From the NCBI RefSeq assembly GCF_009914755.1, contig NC_060947.1: a stretch of 64,000 bases of DNA, one strand, 5' to 3'. Position 1 is the stretch's first letter. Each line of letters begins with the position of its first letter. The translations under genes were made by a program, and so were the position numbers. The notes below the pieces were generated by a model, which worked only from the letters and a program-made list of their open reading frames with translations, was not told the origin of the DNA and searched no databases. The stretch is from the human T2T-CHM13v2.0 reference genome, Homo sapiens. Below are positions 19,401 through 35,565 of the stretch, piece after piece.

Positions 19401-20129
19401 TTATAGATTTATCTCCACTTTTATGACATTCTTAGCCATAATAATATTTGCTCCATGAACATACATAAATTATGTGATCTTCATTCCTGGGTTAAATGTC
19501 ACTTTTAACACTGTTCCTCTTAGTTCCATGGAAGCAGGGCCACATGTTAAATGCTGAATAAGAAACATTCAACATTTAACACAGGGCCTGATAGGCATGA
19601 GTCAATAGTTCTTCAACTTAAACATACCATCTATTTTTATGATTTATTTTTTGGGCAATCCACTGTAGCAAACAGCCAACCCTATGTATATAGATTAGGG
19701 TTACAGGAATTCAAAGGAGTATACTATGGAGCAGTCGATGCCAGAGAAAAAATCATGTAGAATTTGAGTCTTAAAGTGAACCTTGAACCATGCACTGAAT
19801 TTGGGCAGAGTAAAAGACACTGAAACATGTTGAAGGACCAGGACTAGACCCAGCTAGATACAGGGGCATTTCCTATAGTAGTGGGACATGAACTTTGAAG
19901 AGTTAATGTGGAAATCAATCCATAGAGAGCCTTAAATAGCAAAATCAGACACTTAAACAACATCTTACGGGGTATGAGGCTCATTTCTGCTAGTATTTCT
20001 AAAGGAGGCTGAAGAGGTGGATTGAAATTCAAGAGCCCTCCACAAGGCTAACCTTCCTTTCCTACTCACTACCACAGCTGCAAGAGAAAGAGAAGGGGCT
20101 GGAAAAAACAAGGTCAAAAGAGGTATGCC

Positions 20130-20823
20130 TGAAACTTCCTTTGCAAAAATTATGACAGTAAAAGAAATGTGACCTACCTGACTCCATCCTGCTTCTAACC
20201 TCCAGGCTGCTCTTGTTCATTCCTGGACATAGGCCAAACCAACTTTGGGAGGAGTTGATAGTTTAAATTTGAAACAAAGATGATAACAGCCCCTCCCCAA
20301 AACAAACCCCTGCTCCTTGCTTGGGGACCAGATCACCTTTGTAAAACTAATAAATTAGCCACAAGATTGGAAATTATGGCTTAGGAATCACGCAGCCTGA
20401 GACCACAAGATTTCTAACCTCCCCAATTGCTCCCATAGATAACATTACTATTATAAAACCTAAGATAATTTTCAGACCCTGCATTCTGATGGATCAGCTG
20501 GCACCACCCAGACAGGTAAACTGGCTCATCTGATCTGTGGCCCCCATCCAGGAATTGACTCAGTGAAAGAGGGCAGCTTCAATTCCCTATGATTTCATCC
20601 CCAAACCAACCAATCAGCATTCCCCATTCCTTAGGCCCCTGCCTGCCAAACTATCTTTTAAAAACCTCTGTCTCAAAATTTTCAGGGAGACTGATTTGAG
20701 TAATAAAACTCTGGTCTCCCATTTAGCTGGCTCTGAGTGTATGAAACTCTATTGCAATTCCTCTGTTTTGAGAAATCGGCTCTATCTGGGCAGTGGGTAA
20801 GAAGAACCCATTGGATAGCTACA
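20130..20823 (+). mobile_element. LTR8-family solo LTR (ERV1)
   Basis: tgaaacttcctttgcaaaaattatgacag...ctaca; TSD tgcc/tgct. Confidence 0.85.
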
Positions 20824-22209
20824 TGCTTGCTTCTTTGAAGGGCAGCAACCACTGCAAACCCACCTCCCCCAACCCCTGCATACACACACACACACAATTG
20901 CTACAAACTCTTACCAGCATATCTTTGTCCAGCTATAATAGTAACAATAACTAAGAATATATGATGGGGCCTTTTAATTTTAAACATTAAAATCCACCAA
21001 GGCCAACAGAGTTGTGTGGAAGCATGTGGGGCCCATAAAATCCAACAATGCTATAAAAATTGAGAAGAAACCAAAATATATCAAAGTCAGAATGCAGTTC
21101 ATTCAACCAAGTTGCAGCTAAATTTATGAGCAAATTCTCCACCCAAAGAGTATTATCCAGATACCTGTTAATCATTTCCAATTCTCTTGCTAAATAAAAT
21201 AAAATCAGCCACACGTAATTATTTAAAACAATGCTTTTAGCATGAAAGGAACTATTACTAAAACCTCTCCAAAACTCTTGGCTTGTGAGTTGTGAATTCA
21301 CACATTCAAACTCAAAACAACAAAACACACACACTTTTTTTTAAGTTCAGTGATGCCAATTGCTATTGTTATTCTAATTGACATAGCATGCAAAACTCCA
21401 TTTTTGCACTATTAGAGTATTAGCTTGAAATTTCAATTCAGAATTCTATACCTTAGAAACTAACGCATTGAGAATTTGTTTGATATGATGTAACAGTCCA
21501 TAGGGCACTTATTTAAAATGTTTGCCCCCATGCACACACACCCCCAGACACTTACAAAAACTTGAGATTTGCCATTATAGCCTCTTAAGATGGCATGGCA
21601 ACCTGCCTTTGCCATAGTGACTGTGTATTGGTACTCAGTCTCAATTTAAGGAAATTAGCAAATGTCTCAGCAAATGATAAAGTTAGGAACATAACTATTC
21701 CTAGATCCTAGGTCAGTGCTCCTTGGCATCTCAACTCCCTGATTCCCATTCCACCACTGTTGGAAAGGTGGCAGCCAAATCCAGACTCTGCTTCATATCA
21801 AATTCAAAGCTACAATCAGCACCCCTTCCTCGTTGCTAAAAATTGGAAGGGCAATTTTATCACATGCATACGTTGATTAATCAATTAGTTATCAAGGCCG
21901 CTACAGAAACCGTAAAGTTAATCCAAACTGAGAAGCTGGCTATAGTCATCTACATCAGGAGCTGTTGATCTGTTTGCAACCTCTATTTCAGAACTCCAGC
22001 ACAGCAGTCTCTTGTTTCTTTCTAGCCTACACTCAAAAGCCCAGATGCTTGACAACCACAAGACAAAGGCAGGTAGTGTGAGGTGCTTGGTAAGAATGGG
22101 ACAGCTTACTAGATAAGCCATGAGCTAGATAAGCCAATATAAATGTCATTTCTATTGCCACAATAGCTAACAATTGTAGCACTGTTCTAAGCACTTTAGA
22201 AGCATTAAA

Positions 22210-22506
22210 CTTTTTTTTTTTTTGAGACAGGGTCTTGCTCTGTCACCCAGGCTGGAGTGCAGTGGCGTGATCACAGCTCACTGCGGCCTTGACTTCCTGG
22301 GCTCAAGCTATCCTCCCACCTCAGCCTCCTGAGTAGCTTGGGACTACAGGTACACACTACCACACCCTGCTAATTTCTGTATTTTTTGTAGAGACGAGAT
22401 TTCACCATGTTGCCCAGACTGATCTTGAACTCCTGGGCTCAAGTGATCTGCTCACCTCAGCCTCCCAAAGTGCTGGGATTACAGACATGAGCCACCATGT
22501 CTGGCC
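22210..22506 (-). mobile_element. Alu
   Basis: Antisense dimer. Confidence 0.95.
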
Positions 22507-22529
22507 ACATTAAATTCTCTTAATCATTG

Positions 22530-22820
22530 GGAGTATTAAAGGCTGGAAAGGGGAAGGAGAGGAGGTGGGGAGAGGTTGGTTAACAGATAAAAAATTACAG
22601 TAGATAGATGAAATGAGTTCTGGTGTTCTGTAGCACTGTAGGATGAATATGTTTAACTATAATTTATTATATATTTTCAAAAAGCTAGAAGAGAGGATTT
22701 TGAATGTTCTCAACACAAAGAAATGATAAATATTTGAGGTGATAAATATGCCTGATTTGCTCATTACACATTGTATACACATATGGAAAGACCACTCTTT
22801 ATCTCATATATATGTACACT
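22530..22820 (+). mobile_element. L1M 3' end fragment
   Basis: aaaagctagaagagaggattttgaatgttctcaacacaaagaaatgataaat. Confidence 0.75.
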
Positions 22821-22989
22821 AAGAAAAGGAAAACCCAACAGAAAAATGGGCAATGGATTTGAAAAGGCACTTTGCAAAAAAAGGAAATGGAAATAGCCAA
22901 TAAACATACTAAAATATAGTTAACCTCATTAATAAATGAGATATGCAAATTTTTTAATGCTCTTAATCCTCAGAGAGAAAAATCTCTGA

Positions 22990-23339
<350 letters not shown>

Positions 23340-24744
23340 TAGATGGGGATTCTGAGAGACAGAGTTTTAGTAATTTGCCCAAGGTCACTCAACTAGTATA
23401 AGTGGTGAATCCAGGAATGCAAACCCAACACCTGAGCCCTTAAGCAATGGGCCTCATATTCTTTGTGCTTTTTGAGAAAAGTAATAGATGTCTCCTTGTT
23501 TAAGTCATCAGGATTGAATTGTTACTTTTGCTTTTGGCAAATATAATAGCAAAAACATCCACCATGACCCGGAAGGGAGGAAATAGACCAAATAATTGGA
23601 TCTAGACTCAATCCCTTAAAAGCTGGGGAAGTATTAAAAGAGAGTGCTGTAGAAATCCCTCTACAGTCACCAGCAGTTACTGGAAATTTGGGAATTGAAG
23701 AGAGATAGTTAATATTTAATATTTCAATAAACATTAACACAACTTATTTTTCTATTTTTTTAGGTTAATAGAAAATTTGATACAGAATTATCTAAAACTA
23801 TCATTCTTAGATATTTCTGCCTGATCAGGTTCTGGACTAATTTGCTTCTATTCTGTGAATAGTGTGGGGTTTTTTCCTCCCTCGTCTAATATTTATTTTA
23901 AAAATTCATTTATTCTTTTCTTTTTTGCTGTACTTTCATGGAGAAGAAAAAGTCATTCAGCAGATACTGTGAACCTCCCAGAGAAAATAACAAAATTGCC
24001 TCAGGTATAGTGGGATCTAAGAATGTAAGACTATAAGAGCATGAAAGCCATCATTACTTATTAATTAAGCTAAATCACTCAAAAACTAACCCCAAATGTG
24101 CAAATTAAAAAGGCACGTCAAAGAAAATCTCAAACATTTTTTAAGCTAATTTCCTCTCTTTCTAAAAGTAACTTGAAAAAGTGTTGTGCTCATGATTCTT
24201 AGCCATCAACTCAATATAACAATAAGATTGATTTTATACATTTAATAATGTATTTAAATCAGTAGAGTGAAAAACAAAATTTAAATCAATAAGATCTGGA
24301 GATCTGCAGAATCTTTCTCATAAGGCTATGATATTTTTGCTCTAAATAATTCAACTTAAGGCACCAATCAATAAACAGAATTCTAAAGATTTTACCCAAA
24401 GTAAGTTGAAACCACTGGCTCACGGTAGCTGATTCGTGCAGCCATTCCCAAATTCCTTCTCCCTTGCAAGTCTCCATTTAAAAACTCCAGAAAAAGCTAC
24501 ACACTGCACTTGTTTCCTCAGCCTCTTTTTAGGAGTCTGTTTTGGAATTCTATGAAGGATTTTTGCTCTCTTGAGCCAAGGGACAGATACAGGTCACGTT
24601 CCCCTCATTCACCTCTTCTTGCCTTGAAATGTATATATGATCCCTGGAGCTGCAGCAGCCATCTTGGGATAATGGGCAAGATTGCAGAAATGCTGGCTGA
24701 GACAATGCTGAGCCTCTATACATGTGCCAGCAGCCATCTACCTC

Positions 24745-25388
24745 TGAAGCAAGAGAATAGGGTCTGGAGGCAGGGAACCTAAGGCCAATTTACGCTGACT
24801 TCTTAGAACTAAATCAAAAGGAAAACCACAACTTTCCACACCTAAGTAACAAAAAGACCCAAGGGAGGCTACTCCCTTTGCAATCTCCCCGTGACCCCCA
24901 CCTTTTTCTGCATGGCAGATGGAAAATTGAAAGTATCTGATTGGCTGCAGAAAGCAAAAAGTATCTCTGATTGATTGCAGAAAGTTTGCATAGGAGTGTA
25001 ACTATGTAACTTCACTTTAGCCTCTGATTGTTTGCTTTCCACAACCAATCAGATGCTTGCATAGGGTGTAACCTTTGTAACTTCACTTCAGCCTCTGATT
25101 GGTTGCTTTCCGCAACCAGTCAAACTGATTGCTGGGCCACTACTTCATTTACATAGGGTCTACGTCAAGTAACCAATGGGAAGCCTCTAGAAGGTATTTA
25201 AACCCCAGAAAATTCTGTAAAGGGTCTCTTGAGCCCCTATGCTCCGCCCGCTCCCGGACTGTGGAGTGTACTTTCATTTTTAATAAATCTCTGCTTTTGT
25301 TGCTTAATTCTTTCCTTGCTTTGTTTGTGCATTTTGTCCAATTCTTTGTTCACGATGCCAAGAACCTGAACACCCTCCGCTGGTAACA
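24745..25388 (+). mobile_element. MER51-family solo LTR (ERV1) nested in an MLT1 LTR
   Basis: tgaagcaagagaatagggtctggaggcagggaacc...ggtaaca; perfect TSD cctc; several CCAAT/ATTGG boxes. Confidence 0.88.
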
Positions 25389-25889
25389 CCTCCAGGCTTC
25401 CTACTTGGTGAAAAAAATAAATCCCTGCTTCTTTAAGCCTCTATTAGTCAGGTATTCCATTACTTTCAGGAGAAAGCATTACAAACTAACGCATGCAGTC
25501 TCTAAAAGCTATCTTTTAATTTTTTTAGCAGAATAAGATTATTAACTGATCTAAAGAGTAATTTTCTTTATATATTAGGAAAAACAAAAAAAAGACAAAT
25601 AATCTTGACAAAGAAAAATAAAGTGGGAGGAAGAACTGAACCTGATATTAAGGTTTACTATACAGATACAGTAATAAAAACTGTGTGGCAATGGCAGACG
25701 GATAGACACAGCGACCAATGGAACAGAACAGACAACTCAAAAGACAACCCACACGAATATGCTCAAATGGTTTTGTAAAAGATTCAAAAGCAATTCAATG
25801 GAAGGATATCCTTTACAACAGATGGTGCTTGAGCAACTGGGCATCTATAGGACAAAAAAGTTCATCATGACCTAAATCTCACACCTTAA

Positions 25890-26581
<692 letters not shown>

Positions 26582-26821
26582 TCACAGGAGACAATCTTCA
26601 TGATGTAGGGCTAGGCAGTGAGTCCTTAGACTTGACACCAAAAGCACAACTCATAAAAGAAAAAAACCGATAAATTAGACCTTAACAAAATGAGACACTT
26701 TGGCTCTACAAAAGATACTGTTAACAGGATGAAAAGATAAGCCACATACTGGGAGGAAATATGTGCAAACCACATCTCAAAGGACTAGTATTCAGAATGC
26801 ATAAAGAATTCTCAAAAGTTA

Positions 26822-27025
<204 letters not shown>

Positions 27026-27949
27026 TTAGAAATGAGCCAAAGACATAAACAGACATTTCACTTAGCTGGATATACAGATGACAAATAAGCACATGAAAAG
27101 ATATTCAATTAATTAACCATCAGAGAAATGCCAATTAAACCCACCATGAGATATCACTACACACCTCTCAGACAGCTAAAATAAAAATAGTGATAACACT
27201 AAATGCGGACCAGGGTGCAAAGAAACTAGATCACTCATATATTGTTGGGAATCTAAAATGGTAATTTGCTCTCAAAAATAGTTTGATTGTCTTTTTATAA
27301 AATTAAACATGTAAGTATCAAATAACACGCAATTACACTCTTGGGCTCTTATCCTAGAGAAATGAAAATGTATGCTCACACAAAAACCTGTACATACATG
27401 TTCACAGCAGCTTTATTCATAATAGCTAAAAACTAGAAATAGCCCCAATGTCCTTCCAAAGGCAAATGTAAAGAAATTGTGATACATACATGAACTACTA
27501 CTCAGTAGTAAAAATGAATGAACAGTTGATATATGCAACCACCTGGATAAATGCCCAGGGACTTATACCAAGTGGAAAAAACAAATTCCAAAAGGTACAT
27601 ACTTTATGACTCCATTTATGTAACATTTTGAAATAGCAAAATTTTAGAAATGGAAAACAGATTCGTTGTTGCCAGGGGTTAGGAATGGTAGGGTTGGGGG
27701 AGTTGGTGGAAGGGAGCGAGGTGTGGTTATAAAAGGACAACATGAGGAATCCCTGTGGTGATAAGACTGTTTTATACCTTTACTGTGGTGGAAATGTATA
27801 CATTGCACCACATGTGTAGGTTAGACTAAATACACACACACAAACATACAAATGAATACAAGTGAAGCTGGGGAAATCTGAATAAGATCAGTGGAGTATA
27901 TCAATGTCAAGATACTGATTGTGATATTATACTATAGCTTTGAAAAATG

Positions 27950-28331
<382 letters not shown>

Positions 28332-29949
28332 CTACATGTCAATTTACAATTATCTCAATAAAAACTTCAATTTAAAAAAAAAAGGAAAGAGAAGGTCCAC
28401 TTTCCTTAGTCACTAGGAGAGGCTCTACTCACGTGCCTTTTATAAAGTTTAGGTCTGAACGCAGCTGAGCAACAAATGACTAAACTCTAACCGAAATGAT
28501 ATGGAAATAGTCCTGTAAGTGATTAAACAAACATCTGTGCTTGAATTTAACAGAACAGTATGTTTCAATTACCAAATTCATGTGAAGAAGAAAAGGTAGT
28601 CTAAATTACAGTTAAACCATGCAATTGACCTAAACTTCCCCCCACCCCCAACCCCAAAAAAATCTAGTTGTTTTGACCATTCCCTCCTTTGGGATGTCAA
28701 ACATACCATTAGGAAAGCAAAGAATTTGTTCAGTATTCAGCTGGTCAAGCTGTTCACTTTGCCACACTGGAGTCACCAGGTAGAATTTGAGCACCCAGGG
28801 GCCTGGGTAAGGGGGAAATAAAAATGCACATCCCTCAATACCCTTTGCTTTAGGGAATCCCCCCTCTGCAAGAAGTTGGCTCTGCCCTTTCTGCAACTAT
28901 AGAAACAGAATAAACTCCCCCAGGAAATGGCCTAAGAAATCCCTTTACCATTAGCATAGCTGGAATCCTACTGAGGGGAGAATGGTCTCCTTAGGAGTCC
29001 TGACTGATGAATATGCATAGACAAACCTGCTGCTTCCAGGAAAACCCAAACTGGATGCCAATAAGAGAGAGAAAACTATCCCTCAGCATGGTGCAAGAGG
29101 CCACAGAGAGGCTTTGTGTCACAATTTAGATAGGGACATCTTCATATTGCCCTGGCTGCTGTGTATAAACCATGTATCCCGAGAGACTTATCTCCTATTT
29201 AAGCCACAAAAGCAAATGACTTTCTTCATCCTTTATATTCACTATTGCTAAAACAAGAACTATTTTGTTCCACAGCAGCAGCGGAAGACATAAGCAGGAA
29301 ACTAATTCCAGAGAAGATTCCCCCAAGCTGTGTTTATTTCCATCTATGTTTCAACCATGGTTGCTGCAGGTAGAGGCAGCAATGGACAATCACCTATTAA
29401 GGACCCGGTTTGTGTAAGGAAGGCACTGAGAACGTGAAGGGCAACCCAAAGAGCCACCAATCACAGTTTCTTAGTCAACTGAGGACTGCCACGATCACAC
29501 ATAAAGAACACAAAACACAACGCAGGAAATAAGGCGGTAAATGGGCAATATGAGCATGCAAGCTTATGTAGACAGATGGTTCTTGCTGAGATGATCGGGG
29601 AAGGCTTTAATGAGGAGGGGGGATTAAAGCCAAGTTTTGAGGGAAGGTCAGGATCTAGATGGGAAGAGGAAGAGGCATGAGGATGCTGCTATCAGGCAAG
29701 GGGACAAACAAACTAATAATTGAGTGGAAAAGTCCAAAATATACCCAAAGGACAAACAGTGAACATGCTGGATTAACTGGAGTATTAGGCTTGTTTCCCA
29801 TTATGGAAAAGAAGATAGTTTATAAAGAACAGTATTCTTGGTATCCTTCGCAATATTGATATACTCATGTGTTACTTGTATAATTTAAAAACACAAATTG
29901 TAATGAAAGGGATACTACTAAGTCTGACAATACCAGACTCACAGGTATT

Positions 29950-30450
29950 GTCTGTGGCTGGTGTGACAAAGTTTGTTGGCCACTATTGAACCCTCTTTTC
30001 CCTTTCCCACCTCCAAAAGTAGATGGTGAAAAAAAAAACAAGATAATTTCCCAGCATTCCTTGTAGTAAAGGATGGCCATGTGCATCAATTTTAGCAAAT
30101 AAGATGGAAGGAGGGAATCTACTGGGGGGCTCCTGGAAAACATTTTGTTTTCTCATATAAGAAGAGCTGTTTCCCCTCCCTCTCCTTCCTGCTTGTCTTG
30201 AACATGGTTACATGTAGTTGTGATGACTGGAACTGAGGCAACTATTTTGCAACTATGAGGTCACAAGCCTAAGAAAGAAAAGCCAATATTCTGAAGATGG
30301 CAGAATGCAGAGATAAAAAGAGCCTGGGTTCTTTATGACATTCATCAGTCACTGCCTAAATCTGAAACTGCTACACCTCTAAAGTTCTTATGAGAAAATT
30401 AATTTGGCTTAAACCACTGTTAGTCAGGTATTCTGTGACTTATAGTCAAA
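29950..30450 (+). mobile_element. MLT1-type MaLR LTR
   Basis: atttcccagcattccttg...ggatggccatgtg...cttaaaccactgttagtcaggtattctgtgactt. Confidence 0.6.
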
Positions 30451-30726
30451 TGTACCCTAGGTGACAGAGCTACGAAGTTCAGTACAGAATGCATGGTGAC
30501 CAAAATTAGGTGTTTGAATCCTACATAGGCAAAGAGACTCTAATTCCTGAAATTCAAATGAACATTTAGGAATAGCAATGGAATATGTTATTTCCAAAGT
30601 ATGGATGGCAGCTTCAATAAGCGGCCCAATCTGAAATAATGTAATTTCAAGGATATTTTAATAGTTACTGGGAACAAAGTGACAGAATTCTTTATATCAA
30701 AACTATCCTGTGATCTAGCATAGTAG

Positions 30727-31221
<495 letters not shown>

Positions 31222-32127
31222 TGAAGCACAGTTTGGCTATTTATTGCAACATTATTGGATAACAAAAGACTGGAAATAATGTAACTGTACACCAAAAGGG
31301 GATGGGTTGAATAAACTATTGTAAGTCTACAAAATGGAGTACTATGTAACTATAAAAAGAAATGAGGAAGAGCCCTATATACCACTACCAAGTGATCTCC
31401 AAGATATACTGTTAAAATGAAAAAAGGAAGGTTCAAAAGACTGTGTAGATTATGCTACCAAGTATTGAATAAAAGGGGAACATGTGAATAAATTTAACAA
31501 TTTGCTGTTTTAAAAATTAAAAAAAAAAGAAAGAAGAGAAGGAGGAAGAGAAAGAGGATAACCCCAAACTAAATAAAGTTTTTTTTTTAAGTTATTATGG
31601 AGAGAGGGAGAGAATAAGATTGAAGAGACAGAGATAAAAGCTAGAGCTCTCTGAAAGTAACTTACTTTGCAAATTTGACTTTGAGACCACACAAATGCCT
31701 TTTTTTAAGTTCAGAAACAAAAGCACAATGAAACAAATGAACCTAACTAGATACTGAGTTGGTGACTTAACCATACCGACAGCAATGATTTAAATGAAAC
31801 TAAAACCCAGTAATTTGACTATACATTCCTGGTGGGATATACTCTCACAACAGAAATAGCTATAAAGAAATCTTAAACTATTTTCAAAACTCAAATTGTT
31901 AATAATGTTATTATTAATTAAAAATTATTATATGGTTGTATATTTTTATTTATGTTAGGATAAGTAATTCAGCTAATGTACTTATGAAGCAAGATTACAT
32001 GTAAATATATAAAATCAAAGAAGTAAAAACCCTATAATCCTTAATTTGCATTGAAAACAATAGTTTTTGAACTCATGTTATATTTTATCCTTAAATATAT
32101 GTACATATTTTTTAGCCTTGCTTTAAG

Positions 32128-32893
32128 AGAATGAAAATTCAAGCCATAGACTGGAACAAAATATTTACAGACCATACATTCAATAATAGACTTGCATCCA
32201 ACTTGTATCCAGACTATATTAAAAATGACTTTCAAAACTCATCAGGCGGATCGCCTGAGGTCAGGAATTCAAGTAAGGAAACTCCCCAATTAAATATGAG
32301 TAGAAGACACGAACAGACATTTCACCAAAGGGGATATACGGATGGCAAATAAGCACATAAAAAGATGTTCAACATCATAGCCATTAGGGAAATAAAAATT
32401 AAAATCAAGAGGAGATACCAGGCCGGGTGTGGTGGCTCAGGCCTGTAATCTCAGCACTTTGGGAGGCCGAGGTGGGTGGATCACCTGAGGTCAGGAGTTC
32501 AAGACCAGCCTGGCCAACATGGTGAAACCCCGTCTCTACCCAAAATACAAAAATTAGCCGGGCGTGGTGGCACACACCTGTAATCTCAGCTACTCGGGAG
32601 GCTGAGGCAGAAGAATAGCTTGAACTGGGAGGCAGAGGGTTGCAGTGAGCCAAGATCGCGCCACTACACTCCCCTGGGCGACAGAGTGAGACTCAGTCTC
32701 AAAAAAAAAAAAGAGAGAGAGAGAAAAGAGGAGATACCACTATACACCTATTAAAATGGCTAAAATCCAAAACACTGGCAATACCAATTGCTTACAAGGA
32801 TTTGGAATAACAGAAATTCTCAATCATTGCTGGTGGGAATGCAAAATGGTAATTTCTTATCAAGATAAACACACACCTACCATATGGCCAGTT
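32128..32893 (+). mobile_element. L1M fragment
   Basis: aagccatagactggaacaaaatatttac...aaaagatgttcaacatc...gctggtgggaatgcaaaatgg. Confidence 0.75.
32421..32725 (+). mobile_element. Alu
   Basis: TSD aagaggagatacca at 32407-32420 and 32726-32739. Confidence 0.95.
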
Positions 32894-32894
32894 C

Positions 32895-33130
32895 AAAATT
32901 TACATAAAAGTAAGCATCCTGCCATTCATAGGAGAGCAATGACCATTTTGCTATAATTTTCAACTTCTTATACATGTAAGCAAAGCTTTCCTTGTTTAAC
33001 AAGTATTGAAAAGGCCAGAAATCTTCTCATTCCAGTTGAAAATGAAATTGATGTGTGCTTATTTCAAGCTTGACCCGGAATTATTTATGTGGCAAAATAT
33101 AAACACAGATTTCAGAGTGGAGAGGTAAAT
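32895..33130 (+). mobile_element. Charlie (hAT) transposase C-terminal relic
   Basis: Degenerate translation PAIHRRAMTILL*FSTSYTCKQSFPCLTSI...RNLLIPVENEI resembles the hAT dimerisation domain. Confidence 0.6.
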
Positions 33131-34013
33131 TTTATTATTTATTTTTAGCTTTTAAAAAATAAGACTGTTATGTACATACAGGTCTATAAAGAAATCAAGA
33201 TTATAATTTTGTAACTGCCTATATTTAAGCCCAATCATGTCAGTCAGTAAAAGAACCTAATTTTTAAGTCTTGTATAAAATTATATCTTAGGTTATATTT
33301 TTACTCATAATGCTTTGTCATATAGTTTTAGTAGCTTTATTATGTAACATTGTCAATACATTTTGATGTTGAAAACAGCATTAATTACGAGTTTACAACC
33401 TTTATTTAAATTAAATCATCTTAGCCTACTTTTTGAAAAAGTAAATTCCATCTTAGATATAAACAGAAATAACTTGAATTATTTAACATGTTTATATTAT
33501 GCTGACTGAAAAGTTTTTTGAATGTATGGAAAGGAAAGAAAGGTAAGCTAAGTTTAACTATCTGTTTTGGGTTTTTTTTCCCTCAAAAAAGCTGGTAAAA
33601 AGTCCTTTTCAGTTTTTAATAGGGGAGAAAACTACTTTTGTTCATACCATATACCATATATCATTCCTCAATAGCACCCTCTATAATAGAAACTATAGAG
33701 AACTTTTAGGCCTACTTGGATAAGGTAAAAAGGAAAAATAAATCAAGTAGAAAATTTTACCATAAAACAACCTGAAGTTTCCTCTTCTACATTCCCACTT
33801 GCTTTAGGGTTGATAACCCTTTGTGAGAAAGGGAAAGAGTAGGTAAATAAGTTGGCTGAAATCAAGAGATCCACAGAAAACTACCATTTTTTACTTTAAA
33901 AAGACAATTATTATTGGATTATTATAGCTACAATATTCTCATTCCAGTTGAAAATGAAATTGATATGTGCTTATTTTGAGTTTAACCCAGAATTATTTAT
34001 GGGAATTTATTTA

Positions 34014-34245
34014 TTTCACATAAATTCGGAACTGGCCATATGGCAGGTGTGTGTTTAACTTTATAAGAAATTACCATTTCGCATTCCCACCAGCAATGAG
34101 TGAGAATTCCTGTTATTTCAAATCCATGTGAGCAATTGGTATTGTGTTTTGGATTTTAGCCATTTTAATAGGTATACAGTGGTATCTCATCTTGATTTTA
34201 ATTCTTATTTCCCTAATAGCTATAATGTTGAACATCTTTTTATGT
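34014..34245 (-). repeat. Inverted duplicate of 32355-32910 (without the Alu)
   Basis: Reverse complement aligns at roughly 90% by eye and shares the same internal L1 deletion. Confidence 0.85.
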
Positions 34246-34612
34246 AATTACATATTTATTATCACAGATTGTGCTAATGTACCATGGGCTATAGATATAG
34301 TTTTTATGCAGGAGTTCTCTGAGACCTCAAAATCATTTCAAAGACTCCTCCAGGGTGAAAAGATTGAGATTTGAGGTGATGAAAATGTTCTGAAACTAGT
34401 TAGAGGTGTTAGTTGTTGCACAACAGTGTGAATGTACCAAGTACCACTGAATTGTATACTTTTAAATAGTTAGTGGTTAATTTCATGTTACATGAAATTT
34501 ACCTCAAAAAATTTAAAAATATACATTAAGAAAGGCTGACAAGGCTCTTTGAAGGGTGAGAGATGAGATCTGACCTTGAAAGAAGCTGAAGATCTAAATT
34601 TAAATAAGATTT

Positions 34613-34839
34613 GCCCAGTCTGGACAATACAGTGAGACCGCATCTCTACAAATAATAATTTAAAAAATTAGCTGGGTATGGTGGGTGCATGTCTGTAGTC
34701 CTAGCTACTGTGGCAACAGAGGTGGGAGGATGTCTTGAGCCCGAGAGGTTGAGGCTGCGTGCAGTGAACTGTGAGCTGTGATCCTGCCACTGCACCCCAG
34801 CCTGGGAGAAAGAGCAAGACCCTATCGCAAAAAAAAAAA
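34613..34839 (+). mobile_element. 5'-truncated Alu
   Basis: Partial left arm plus right arm. Confidence 0.85.
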
Positions 34840-35169
34840 GATGGAGATGGCTCGAATGAGTGTTTTTCAAACACTGATTGCACAACCACAGTAATAGGCA
34901 TATTTTAGTGCAGGCCAGTTCACATACATACACAAGCACACACAGGAAGGACAAAAAGGTCCGTGCAACACTTAACTCCTCTCAAGCATAATACACTCTA
35001 ATTCTTCATTCTACCCCACTCTCTTCTTTTTCTTTTTTCCTTTTCAAAAAAAAAAAAAAAGCTGGTCATGATTCATTAAATTCCTTTTTTTTTTATTGCT
35101 GCAAATTCAAATATGTTTTCTTTTTTCTTAAGGAGGACTTTGCTTCACTACAAATTAGATGATGGGCTA

Positions 35170-35565
<396 letters not shown>

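Noticed and set aside
29353-29364. 12-bp palindrome caaccatggttg
   Set aside because: Expected by chance in 64 kb and does not match the X-box consensus
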